Shown: piece after piece, positions 1 to 13,809 of the stretch | How positions within the stretch are numbered: position 1 is the first letter of the stretch | Layout: the number at the start of each line of letters is the position of its first letter | Assembly (NCBI GenBank): GCA_964016885.1 | Contig: OZ024740.1 | Span: forward strand, 36,022,001-36,086,000 | Length of the DNA stretch: 64,000 nt | Direction: 5' to 3' | From: Eledone cirrhosa | Taxonomy: Eukaryota | Made by a program: the position numbers and the translations under genes | The notes under the pieces: model-generated | Seen by the model: the letters and a program-made list of their open reading frames with translations, nothing else | What the model was told of the DNA's origin: nothing | Database searches by the model: none

Positions 1-144
1 AAGTACTGTGTTAGTGTCTGTCTGTCTCTCTCTCCAGATAAAGTACTGTTGTAGTGTATGTCTGTCTCTCTCTCTCTCTCTCTCTAGATAAAGTACTGTG
101 GTGGTGTCTCTCTCTCTCTCTCTCTAGATAAAGTACTGTGGTAG

Positions 145-177
<33 letters not shown>

Positions 178-239
178 AGATAAAGTACTGTGGTAGTGTC
201 TGTCTCTCTCTCTATCTATCTATCTAAAGTACTGTGGTA

Positions 240-278
<39 letters not shown>

Positions 279-580
279 GATAAAGTACTGTGTTAGTGTC
301 TGTCTGTCTCTCTCATTCTCTAGATAAAGTACTGTGGTAGTGTCTGTCTCTCTCTCTCTCTATCTATCTAAAGTACTGTGGTAGTGTCTCTCTCTTTCTC
401 TCTCTCTCTCTCCCTCTCTCTCTAGATAAAGTACTGTGGTAGTGTCTGTCTCTGTCTCTCTCTCTCTCTAGATAAAGTACTGTGGTAGTGTCTGTCTCTG
501 CCTCTCTCTCTCTGGATAAAGTACTGTGGTAGTGTCTGTCTGTCTCTCTGTCTCTCTCTCTAGATAAAGTACTGTGGTAG

Positions 581-620
<40 letters not shown>

Positions 621-831
621 GATAAAGTACTGTGGTAGTGTCTGTCTGTCTCTCTCTCTCTCTCTAGATATAGTACTATGGTAGTGCCTGTCTGTCTGTC
701 TGTCTCTCTCTCTCTAGATAAAGTACTGTGGTAGTGTCTCTCTCTCTCTCTCTAGATAATGTCCTGTGGTAGTGTCTGTCTCTCTCTCTCTCTCCCTTTC
801 TAGATAAAGTACTGTGGTAGTGTCTCTCTCG

Positions 832-868
<37 letters not shown>

Positions 869-1054
869 GATAAAGTACTGTGGTAGTTTCTGCCTGTCTC
901 TCTCTGTCTCACTCTCTCTCTCTCTCTCTCTCTCTCTATCACTCTCTAGATAAAGTATTGTGGTAGAGTATGTCTCTCACTCTCTCTCTAAATAAAGTAC
1001 TGTGGTAGTGTCTGTCTGTCTCTCTCTCTCTCTCTAGATAAAGTACTGTGGTAG

Positions 1055-1085
<31 letters not shown>

Positions 1086-1299
1086 AGATAAAGTACTGTG
1101 GTAGTGTCTCTCTGTCTCTCTCTTTAGATAAAGTACTGTGGTAGTGTCTCTCTCTCTCTCCCTCTCTCTCTCTCTCTCTATCTCTCTCTATATAAAGTAC
1201 CGTGGTAGTGTCTGTCTGTCTCTCTCTCTCTCTAGATAAAGTACTGTGGTAGTGTCTGTCTGTCTCTCTCTCTCTCTAGATAAAGTACTGTGGTAGTGG

Positions 1300-1336
<37 letters not shown>

Positions 1337-1541
1337 GATAAAGTACTGTGGTAGTGTCTGTCCGTCTGTCTCTGTCTCTCTCTAGATAAAGTACTGTAGT
1401 AGTGTCTGTCTGTCTGTCTCTCCCTCTCTCTCTAGATAAAGTACTGTGGTAGTGCCTGTCTGTCTCTCTCTCTCTCTCTCACTCTCTCTCTAGATATAGT
1501 ACTGTGGTAGTGTCTGTCTGTCTCTCTCTCTCTCTCTCTCC
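1..1541. repeat. Compound minisatellite: fixed core TAGATAAAGTACTGTGGTAGTGTCTG followed by variable-length (TC)n
   Basis: Core recurs roughly every 40-65 bp with variable CT tracts until the N gap. Confidence 0.95.
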
Positions 1542-1741
1542 NNNNNNNNNNNNNNNNNNNNNNNNNNNNNNNNNNNNNNNNNNNNNNNNNNNNNNNNNNN
1601 NNNNNNNNNNNNNNNNNNNNNNNNNNNNNNNNNNNNNNNNNNNNNNNNNNNNNNNNNNNNNNNNNNNNNNNNNNNNNNNNNNNNNNNNNNNNNNNNNNNN
1701 NNNNNNNNNNNNNNNNNNNNNNNNNNNNNNNNNNNNNNNNN
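1542..1741. other. Assembly gap (200 N)
   Basis: Run of 200 N; true size and adjacency unknown. Confidence 1.
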
Positions 1742-4700
1742 GGGTATGATTTTACATTCATTTAAATTATTGACGTATTGTTTTATTGATATTTTTTATC
1801 TGTTTGGCCCGAATCTTCCTTTATCGATTTTAAATCGTATGGTTGATTGTAGACTTGTTCTATATGTGACGGTATTTTAACGATAGTTATAGCTCTGATT
1901 CATCTGAATTATTGAGCCCTCTGCCGCTCATATCGGATTTCGTTTTTCGTTAACTCGTGCGCCGATTTTTCGATACTCGATCTTTCTAATATATTTAGCT
2001 CTGGACATAGCTATCCACCAGTTAATTTTATTGCTCATATTTTGTCGATTCTATTGAGTGATGAATAGCTTTTGTTTTATTTTAACATGTCTATTGAGCA
2101 CTCTAATTCGATATGTGTATTTCCACATTCACTCGAATTATTTTCGCGGATATAGGGGTCATCTCCCTTGTCTAATGCCATGTGCGTTTTTCACCGCTAG
2201 TTGACTCCTTTGCCGCCAGGATAAAACTCGTTGACAACGTAAACTCCATTCCACTTATTCTAGTAGGCTTTTATATTTATATGTGAGCTGATAGAGTACT
2301 GTCTAAGGATTTACAGAAACCCATGAAGCTAGATTTAACACCTTTCTAGTGGGTCCGGGTATGATTTTACATTCATTTAAATTATTGACGTATTGTTTTA
2401 TTGATATTTTTTATCTGTTTGGCCCGAATCTTCCTTTATCGATTTTAAATCGTATGGTTGATTGTAGACTTGTTCTATATGTGACGGTATTTTAACGATA
2501 GTTATAGCTCTGATTCATCTGAATTATTGAGCCCTCTGCCGCTCATATCGGATTTCGTTTTTCGTTAACTCGTGCGCCGATTTTTCGATACTCGATCTTT
2601 CTAATATATTTAGCTCTGGACATAGCTATCCACCAGTTAATTTTATTGCTCATATTTTGTCGATTCTATTGAGTGATGAATAGCTTTTGTTTTATTTTAA
2701 CATGTCTATTGAGCACTCTAATTCGATATGTGTATTTCCACATTCACTCGAATTATTTTCGCGGATATAGGGGTCATCTCCCTTGTCTAATGCCATGTGC
2801 GTTTTTCACCGCTAGTTGACTCCTTTGCCGCCAGGATAAAACTCGTTGACAACGTAAACTCCATTCCACTTATTCTAGTAGGCTTTTATATTTATATGTG
2901 AGCTGATAGAGTACTGTCTAAGGATTTACAGAAACCCATGAAGCTAGATTTAACACCTTTCTAGTGGGTCCGGGTATGATTTTACATTCATTTAAATTAT
3001 TGACGTATTGTTTTATTGATATTTTTTATCTGTTTGGCCCGAATCTTCCTTTATCGATTTTAAATCGTATGGTTGATTGTAGACTTGTTCTATATGTGAC
3101 GGTATTTTAACGATAGTTATAGCTCTGATTCATCTGAATTATTGAGCCCTCTGCCGCTCATATCGGATTTCGTTTTTCGTTAACTCGTGCGCCGATTTTT
3201 CGATACTCGATCTTTCTAATATATTTAGCTCTGGACATAGCTATCCACCAGTTAATTTTATTGCTCATATTTTGTCGATTCTATTGAGTGATGAATAGCT
3301 TTTGTTTTATTTTAACATGTCTATTGAGCACTCTAATTCGATATGTGTATTTCCACATTCACTCGAATTATTTTCGCGGATATAGGGGTCATCTCCCTTG
3401 TCTAATGCCATGTGCGTTTTTCACCGCTAGTTGACTCCTTTGCCGCCAGGATAAAACTCGTTGACAACGTAAACTCCATTCCACTTATTCTAGTAGGCTT
3501 TTATATTTATATGTGAGCTGATAGAGTACTGTCTAAGGATTTACAGAAACCCATGAAGCTAGATTTAACACCTTCTAGTGGGTCCGGGTATGATTTTACA
3601 TTCATTTAAATTATTGACGTATTGTTTTATTGATATTTTTTATCTGTTTGGCCCGAATCTTCCTTTATCGATTTTAAATCGTATGGTTGATTGTAGACTT
3701 GTTCTATATGTGACGGTATTTTAACGATAGTTATAGCTCTGATTCATCTGAATTATTGAGCCCTCTGCCGCTCATATCGGATTTCGTTTTTCGTTAACTC
3801 GTGCGCCGATTTTTCGATACTCGATCTTTCTAATATATTTAGCTCTGGACATAGCTATCCACCAGTTAATTTTATTGCTCATATTTTGTCGATTCTATTG
3901 AGTGATGAATAGCTTTTGTTTTATTTTAACATGTCTATTGAGCACTCTAATTCGATATGTGTATTTCCACATTCACTCGAATTATTTTCGCGGATATAGG
4001 GGTCATCTCCCTTGTCTAATGCCATGTGCGTTTTTCACCGCTAGTTGACTCCTTTGCCGCCAGGATAAAACTCGTTGACAACGTAAACTCCATTCCACTT
4101 ATTCTAGTAGGCTTTTATATTTATATGTGAGCTGATAGAGTACTGTCTAAGGATTTACAGAAACCCATGAAGCTAGATTTAACACCTTTCTAGTGGGTCC
4201 GGGTATGATTTTACATTCATTTAAATTATTGACGTATTGTTTTATTGATATTTTTTATCTGTTTGGCCCGAATCTTCCTTTATCGATTTTAAATCGTATG
4301 GTTGATTGTAGACTTGTTCTATATGTGACGGTATTTTAACGATAGTTATAGCTCTGATTCATCTGAATTATTGAGCCCTCTGCCGCTCATATCGGATTTC
4401 GTTTTTCGTTAACTCGTGCGCCGATTTTTCGATACTCGATCTTTCTAATATATTTAGCTCTGGACATAGCTATCCACCAGTTAATTTTATTGCTCATATT
4501 TTGTCGATTCTATTGAGTGATGAATAGCTTTTGTTTTATTTTAACATGTCTATTGAGCACTCTAATTCGATATGTGTATTTCCACATTCACTCGAATTAT
4601 TTTCGCGGATATAGGGGTCATCTCCCTTGTCTAATGCCATGTGCGTTTTTCACCGCTAGTTGACTCCTTTGCCGCCAGGATAAAACTCGTTGACAACGTA

Positions 4701-7700
4701 AACTCCATTCCACTTATTCTAGTAGGCTTTTATATTTATATGTGAGCTGATAGAGTACTGTCTAAGGATTTACAGAAACCCATGAAGCTAGATTTAACAC
4801 CTTTCTAGTGGGTCCGGGTATGATTTTACATTCATTTAAATTATTGACGTATTGTTTTATTGATATTTTTTATCTGTTTGGCCCGAATCTTCCTTTATCG
4901 ATTTTAAATCGTATGGTTGATTGTAGACTTGTTCTATATGTGACGGTATTTTAACGATAGTTATAGCTCTGATTCATCTGAATTATTGAGCCCTCTGCCG
5001 CTCATATCGGATTTCGTTTTTCGTTAACTCGTGCGCCGATTTTTCGATACTCGATCTTTCTAATATATTTAGCTCTGGACATAGCTATCCACCAGTTAAT
5101 TTTATTGCTCATATTTTGTCGATTCTATTGAGTGATGAATAGCTTTTGTTTTATTTTAACATGTCTATTGAGCACTCTAATTCGATATGTGTATTTCCAC
5201 ATTCACTCGAATTATTTTCGCGGATATAGGGGTCATCTCCCTTGTCTAATGCCATGTGCGTTTTTCACCGCTAGTTGACTCCTTTGCCGCCAGGATAAAA
5301 CTCGTTGACAACGTAAACTCCATTCCACTTATTCTAGTAGGCTTTTATATTTATATGTGAGCTGATAGAGTACTGTCTAAGGATTTACAGAAACCCATGA
5401 AGCTAGATTTAACACCTTTCTAGTGGGTCCGGGTATGATTTTACATTCATTTAAATTATTGACGTATTGTTTTATTGATATTTTTTATCTGTTTGGCCCG
5501 AATCTTCCTTTATCGATTTTAAATCGTATGGTTGATTGTAGACTTGTTCTATATGTGACGGTATTTTAACGATAGTTATAGCTCTGATTCATCTGAATTA
5601 TTGAGCCCTCTGCCGCTCATATCGGATTTCGTTTTTTCGTTAACTCGTGCGCCGATTTTTCGATACTCGATCTTTCTAATATATTTAGCTCTGGACATAG
5701 CTATCCACCAGTTAATTTTATTGCTCATATTTTGTCGATTCTATTGAGTGATGAATAGCTTTTGTTTTATTTTAACATGTCTATTGAGCACTCTAATTCG
5801 ATATGTGTATTTCCACATTCACTCGAATTATTTTCGCGGATATAGGGGTCATCTCCCTTGTCTAATGCCATGTGCGTTTTTCACCGCTAGTTGACTCCTT
5901 TGCCGCCAGGATAAAACTCGTTGACAACGTAAACTCCATTCCACTTATTCTAGTAGGCTTTTATATTTATATGTGAGCTGATAGAGTACTGTCTAAGGAT
6001 TTACAGAAACCCATGAAGCTAGATTTAACACCTTTCTAGTGGGTCCGGGTATGATTTTACATTCATTTAAATTATTGACGTATTGTTTTATTGATATTTT
6101 TTATCTGTTTGGCCCGAATCTTCCTTTATCGATTTTAAATCGTATGGTTGATTGTAGACTTGTTCTATATGTGACGGTATTTTAACGATAGTTATAGCTC
6201 TGATTCATCTGAATTATTGAGCCCTCTGCCGCTCATATCGGATTTCGTTTTTCGTTAACTCGTGCGCCGATTTTTCGATACTCGATCTTTCTAATATATT
6301 TAGCTCTGGACATAGCTATCCACCAGTTAATTTTATTGCTCATATTTTGTCGATTCTATTGAGTGATGAATAGCTTTTGTTTTATTTTAACATGTCTATT
6401 GAGCACTCTAATTCGATATGTGTATTTCCACATTCACTCGAATTATTTTCGCGGATATAGGGGTCATCTCCCTTGTCTAATGCCATGTGCGTTTTTCACC
6501 GCTAGTTGACTCCTTTGCCGCCAGGATAAAACTCGTTGACAACGTAAACTCCATTCCACTTATTCTAGTAGGCTTTTATATTTATATGTGAGCTGATAGA
6601 GTACTGTCTAAGGATTTACAGAAACCCATGAAGCTAGATTTAACACCTTTCTAGTGGGTCCGGGTATGATTTTACATTCATTTAAATTATTGACGTATTG
6701 TTTTATTGATATTTTTTATCTGTTTGGCCCGAATCTTCCTTTATCGATTTTAAATCGTATGGTTGATTGTAGACTTGTTCTATATGTGACGGTATTTTAA
6801 CGATAGTTATAGCTCTGATTCATCTGAATTATTGAGCCCTCTGCCGCTCATATCGGATTTCGTTTTTCGTTAACTCGTGCGCCGATTTTTCGATACTCGA
6901 TCTTTCTAATATATTTAGCTCCGGACATAGCTATCCACCAGTTAATTTTATTGCTCATATTTTGTCGATTCTATTGAGTGATGAATAGCTTTTGTTTTAT
7001 TTTAACATGTCTATTGAGCACTCTAATTCGATATGTGTATTTCCACATTCACTCGAATTATTTTCGCGGATATAGGGGTCATCTCCCTTGTCTAATGCCA
7101 TGTGCGTTTTTCACCGCTAGTTGACTCCTTTGCCGCCAGGATAAAACTCGTTGACAACGTAAACTCCATTCCACTTATTCTAGTAGGCTTTTATATTTAT
7201 ATGTGAGCTGATAGAGTACTGTCTAAGGATTTACAGAAACCCATGAAGCTAGATTTAACACCTTTCTAGTGGGTCCGGGTATGATTTTACATTCATTTAA
7301 ATTATTGACGTATTGTTTTATTGATATTTTTTATCTGTTTGGCCCGAATCTTCCTTTATCGATTTTAAATCGTATGGTTGATTGTAGACTTGTTCTATAT
7401 GTGACGGTATTTTAACGATAGTTATAGCTCTGATTCATCTGAATTATTGAGCCCTCTGCCGCTCATATCGGATTTCGTTTTTCGTTAACTCGTGCGCCGA
7501 TTTTTCGATACTCGATCTTTCTAATATATTTAGCTCTGGACATAGCTATCCACCAGTTAATTTTATTGCTCATATTTTGTCGATTCTATTGAGTGATGAA
7601 TAGCTTTTGTTTTATTTTAACATGTCTATTGAGCACTCTAATTCGATATGTGTATTTCCACATTCACTCGAATTATTTTCGCGGATATAGGGGTCATCTC

Positions 7701-10700
7701 CCTTGTCTAATGCCATGTGCGTTTTTCACCGCTAGTTGACTCCTTTGCCGCCAGGATAAAACTCGTTGACAACGTAAACTCCATTCCACTTATTCTAGTA
7801 GGCTTTTATATTTATATGTGAGCTGATAGAGTACTGTCTAAGGATTTACAGAAACCCATGAAGCTAGATTTAACACCTTTCTAGTGGGTCCGGGTATGAT
7901 TTTACATTCATTTAAATTATTGACGTATTGTTTTATTGATATTTTTTATCTGTTTGGCCCGAATCTTCCTTTATCGATTTTAAATCGTATGGTTGATTGT
8001 AGACTTGTTCTATATGTGACGGTATTTTAACGATAGTTATAGCTCTGATTCATCTGAATTATTGAGCCCTCTGCCGCTCATATCGGATTTCGTTTTTCGT
8101 TAACTCGTGCGCCGATTTTTCGATACTCGATCTTTCTAATATATTTAGCTCTGGACATAGCTATCCACCAGTTAATTTTATTGCTCATATTTTGTCGATT
8201 CTATTGAGTGATGAATAGCTTTTGTTTTATTTTAACATGTCTATTGAGCACTCTAATTCGATATGTGTATTTCCACATTCACTCGAATTATTTTCGCGGA
8301 TATAGGGGTCATCTCCCTTGTCTAATGCCATGTGCGTTTTTCACCGCTAGTTGACTCCTTTGCCGCCAGGATAAAACTCGTTGACAACGTAAACTCCATT
8401 CCACTTATTCTAGTAGGCTTTTATATTTATATGTGAGCTGATAGAGTACTGTCTAAGGATTTACAGAAACCCATGAAGCTAGATTTAACACCTTTCTAGT
8501 GGGTCCGGGTATGATTTTACATTCATTTAAATTATTGACGTATTGTTTTATTGATATTTTTTATCTGTTTGGCCCGAATCTTCCTTTATCGATTTTAAAT
8601 CGTATGGTTGATTGTAGACTTGTTCTATATGTGACGGTATTTTAACGATAGTTATAGCTCTGATTCATCTGAATTATTGAGCCCTCTGCCGCTCATATCG
8701 GATTTCGTTTTTCGTTAACTCGTGCGCCGATTTTTCGATACTCGATCTTTCTAATATATTTAGCTCTGGACATAGCTATCCACCAGTTAATTTTATTGCT
8801 CATATTTTGTCGATTCTATTGAGTGATGAATAGCTTTTGTTTTATTTTAACATGTCTATTGAGCACTCTAATTCGATATGTGTATTTCCACATTCACTCG
8901 AATTATTTTCGCGGATATAGGGGTCATCTCCCTTGTCTAATGCCATGTGCGTTTTTCACCGCTAGTTGACTCCTTTGCCGCCAGGATAAAACTCGTTGAC
9001 AACGTAAACTCCATTCCACTTATTCTAGTAGGCTTTTATATTTATATGTGAGCTGATAGAGTACTGTCTAAGGATTTACAGAAACCCATGAAGCTAGATT
9101 TAACACCTTTCTAGTGGGTCCGGGTATGATTTTACATTCATTTAAATTATTGACGTATTGTTTTATTGATATTTTTTATCTGTTTGGCCCGAATCTTCCT
9201 TTATCGATTTTAAATCGTATGGTTGATTGTAGACTTGTTCTATATGTGACGGTATTTTAACGATAGTTATAGCTCTGATTCATCTGAATTATTGAGCCCT
9301 CTGCCGCTCATATCGGATTTCGTTTTTCGTTAACTCGTGCGCCGATTTTTCGATACTCGATCTTTCTAATATATTTAGCTCTGGACATAGCTATCCACCA
9401 GTTAATTTTATTGCTCATATTTTGTCGATTCTATTGAGTGATGAATAGCTTTTGTTTTATTTTAACATGTCTATTGAGCACTCTAATTCGATATGTGTAT
9501 TTCCACATTCACTCGAATTATTTTCGCGGATATAGGGGTCATCTCCCTTGTCTAATGCCATGTGCGTTTTTCACCGCTAGTTGACTCCTTTGCCGCCAGG
9601 ATAAAACTCGTTGACAACGTAAACTCCATTCCACTTATTCTAGTAGGCTTTTATATTTATATGTGAGCTGATAGAGTACTGTCTAAGGATTTACAGAAAC
9701 CCATGAAGCTAGATTTAACACCTTTCTAGTGGGTCCGGGTATGATTTTACATTCATTTAAATTATTGACGTATTGTTTTATTGATATTTTTTATCTGTTT
9801 GGCCCGAATCTTCCTTTATCGATTTTAAATCGTATGGTTGATTGTAGACTTGTTCTATATGTGACGGTATTTTAACGATAGTTATAGCTCTGATTCATCT
9901 GAATTATTGAGCCCTCTGCCGCTCATATCGGATTTCGTTTTTCGTTAACTCGTGCGCCGATTTTTCGATACTCGATCTTTCTAATATATTTAGCTCTGGA
10001 CATAGCTATCCACCAGTTAATTTTATTGCTCATATTTTGTCGATTCTATTGAGTGATGAATAGCTTTTGTTTTATTTTAACATGTCTATTGAGCACTCTA
10101 ATTCGATATGTGTATTTCCACATTCACTCGAATTATTTTCGCGGATATAGGGGTCATCTCCCTTGTCTAATGCCATGTGCGTTTTTCACCGCTAGTTGAC
10201 TCCTTTGCCGCCAGGATAAAACTCGTTGACAACGTAAACTCCATTCCACTTATTCTAGTAGGCTTTTATATTTATATGTGAGCTGATAGAGTACTGTCTA
10301 AGGATTTACAGAAACCCATGAAGCTAGATTTAACACCTTTCTAGTGGGTCCGGGTATGATTTTACATTCATTTAAATTATTGACGTATTGTTTTATTGAT
10401 ATTTTTTATCTGTTTGGCCCGAATCTTCCTTTATCGATTTTAAATCGTATGGTTGATTGTAGACTTGTTCTATATGTGACGGTATTTTAACGATAGTTAT
10501 AGCTCTGATTCATCTGAATTATTGAGCCCTCTGCCGCTCATATCGGATTTCGTTTTTCGTTAACTCGTGCGCCGATTTTTCGATACTCGATCTTTCTAAT
10601 ATATTTAGCTCTGGACATAGCTATCCACCAGTTAATTTTATTGCTCATATTTTGTCGATTCTATTGAGTGATGAATAGCTTTTGTTTTATTTTAACATGT

Positions 10701-11834
10701 CTATTGAGCACTCTAATTCGATATGTGTATTTCCACATTCACTCGAATTATTTTCGCGGATATAGGGGTCATCTCCCTTGTCTAATGCCATGTGCGTTTT
10801 TCACCGCTAGTTGACTCCTTTGCCGCCAGGATAAAACTCGTTGACAACGTAAACTCCATTCCACTTATTCTAGTAGGCTTTTATATTTATATGTGAGCTG
10901 ATAGAGTACTGTCTAAGGATTTACAGAAACCCATGAAGCTAGATTTAACACCTTTCTAGTGGGTCCGGGTATGATTTTACATTCATTTAAATTATTGACG
11001 TATTGTTTTATTGATATTTTTTATCTGTTTGGCCCGAATCTTCCTTTATCGATTTTAAATCGTATGGTTGATTGTAGACTTGTTCTATATGTGACGGTAT
11101 TTTAACGATAGTTATAGCTCTGATTCATCTGAATTATTGAGCCCTCTGCCGCTCATATCGGATTTCGTTTTTCGTTAACTCGTGCGCCGATTTTTCGATA
11201 CTCGATCTTTCTAATATATTTAGCTCTGGACATAGCTATCCACCAGTTAATTTTATTGCTCATATTTTGTCGATTCTATTGAGTGATGAATAGCTTTTGT
11301 TTTATTTTAACATGTCTATTGAGCACTCTAATTCGATATGTGTATTTCCACATTCACTCGAATTATTTTCGCGGATATAGGGGTCATCTCCCTTGTCTAA
11401 TGCCATGTGCGTTTTTCACCGCTAGTTGACTCCTTTGCCGCCAGGATAAAACTCGTTGACAACGTAAACTCCATTCCACTTATTCTAGTAGGCTTTTATA
11501 TTTATATGTGAGCTGATAGAGTACTGTCTAAGGATTTACAGAAACCCATGAAGCTAGATTTAACACCTTTCTAGTGGGTCCGGGTATGATTTTACATTCA
11601 TTTAAATTATTGACGTATTGTTTTATTGATATTTTTTATCTGTTTGGCCCGAATCTTCCTTTATCGATTTTAAATCGTATGGTTGATTGTAGACTTGTTC
11701 TATATGTGACGGTATTTTAACGATAGTTATAGCTCTGATTCATCTGAATTATTGAGCCCTCTGCCGCTCATATCGGATTTCGTTTTTCGTTAACTCGTGC
11801 GCCGATTTTTCGATACTCGATCTTTCTAATATAT
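1742..11834. repeat. Near-identical tandem array of a 615-bp non-coding unit (16 full copies plus ~250 bp)
   Basis: GGGTATGATTTTAC starts at 1742, 2357, 2972, 3586, 4201 ... 11582. Only three variants noticed (1-bp deletion ~3573, 1-bp insertion ~5632, T>C at 6921). No ORF in the track lies within the unit. Array ends at the unit-internal TAATATAT, which merges into (TA)n. Confidence 0.97.
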
Positions 11835-13254
<1,420 letters not shown>

Positions 13255-13510
13255 ATTAGTTTTGCGAGGTTTTTTATATGAAATCGTGTGTCGAAACAGA
13301 TATTGTTATATTTGGGGAGGGTCATATTTGCGTAATATTGCCAGAATTAATAACAGAACACACTCACTGTTTGGTTGGTTTTCGCTTCTCGCTGTCTTTT
13401 ATATATATATATCTGCGATCTAACTTACTCGGTCCTCAATGTTGCCATTGACTGACCGGTGGTCAAAAATAAAATAATACAGATACAATATAGACAAACA
13501 CATATATATA

Positions 13511-13561
13511 TAGTTTACATAAATCTTTCGTTGCACATCTGCAACATCGTCAGTGGTGTTA
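13511..13561 (-). ncRNA. Mirror copy of the PLE candidate hammerhead
   Basis: Reverse complement of 19755-19805 in the left arm. Confidence 0.6.
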
Positions 13562-13809
13562 TATTCATTGTTCCTCCTGTTGTGTTGTATGTCTACGCCA
13601 TTTTTTTTGTTCAGTCCGTCTATATATTTATTTATTTGTTTGCTTGTTTGTTTATCTTATTTTATTTTGTCTTCTTTGCGCATGCGTTTGCGTGTGTGAT
13701 GTGTGACTAGTGTGTATAGTGTTGTGTCTGCTGGGTGACTAGTGTGTGTTTATGTGCTTGTGTATGTATTTATTTATCTTATTTTATTTAATTTAATTTA
13801 CTTATTTAT

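Noticed and set aside
1-1541. CRISPR-like look (constant ~26-bp repeat with variable spacers)
   Set aside because: Spacers are only (TC)n length variants; no cas genes; eukaryotic context.
2310-2372. Hairpin-ribozyme-like words (AGAAAC, UGAAG, GUC, GUAUGAUUUUAC) in the 615-bp unit
   Set aside because: Loop sizes do not fit, helix 3 is missing, and loops A and B would share one short helix; twister, pistol and HDV-like cores were also not found by eye.
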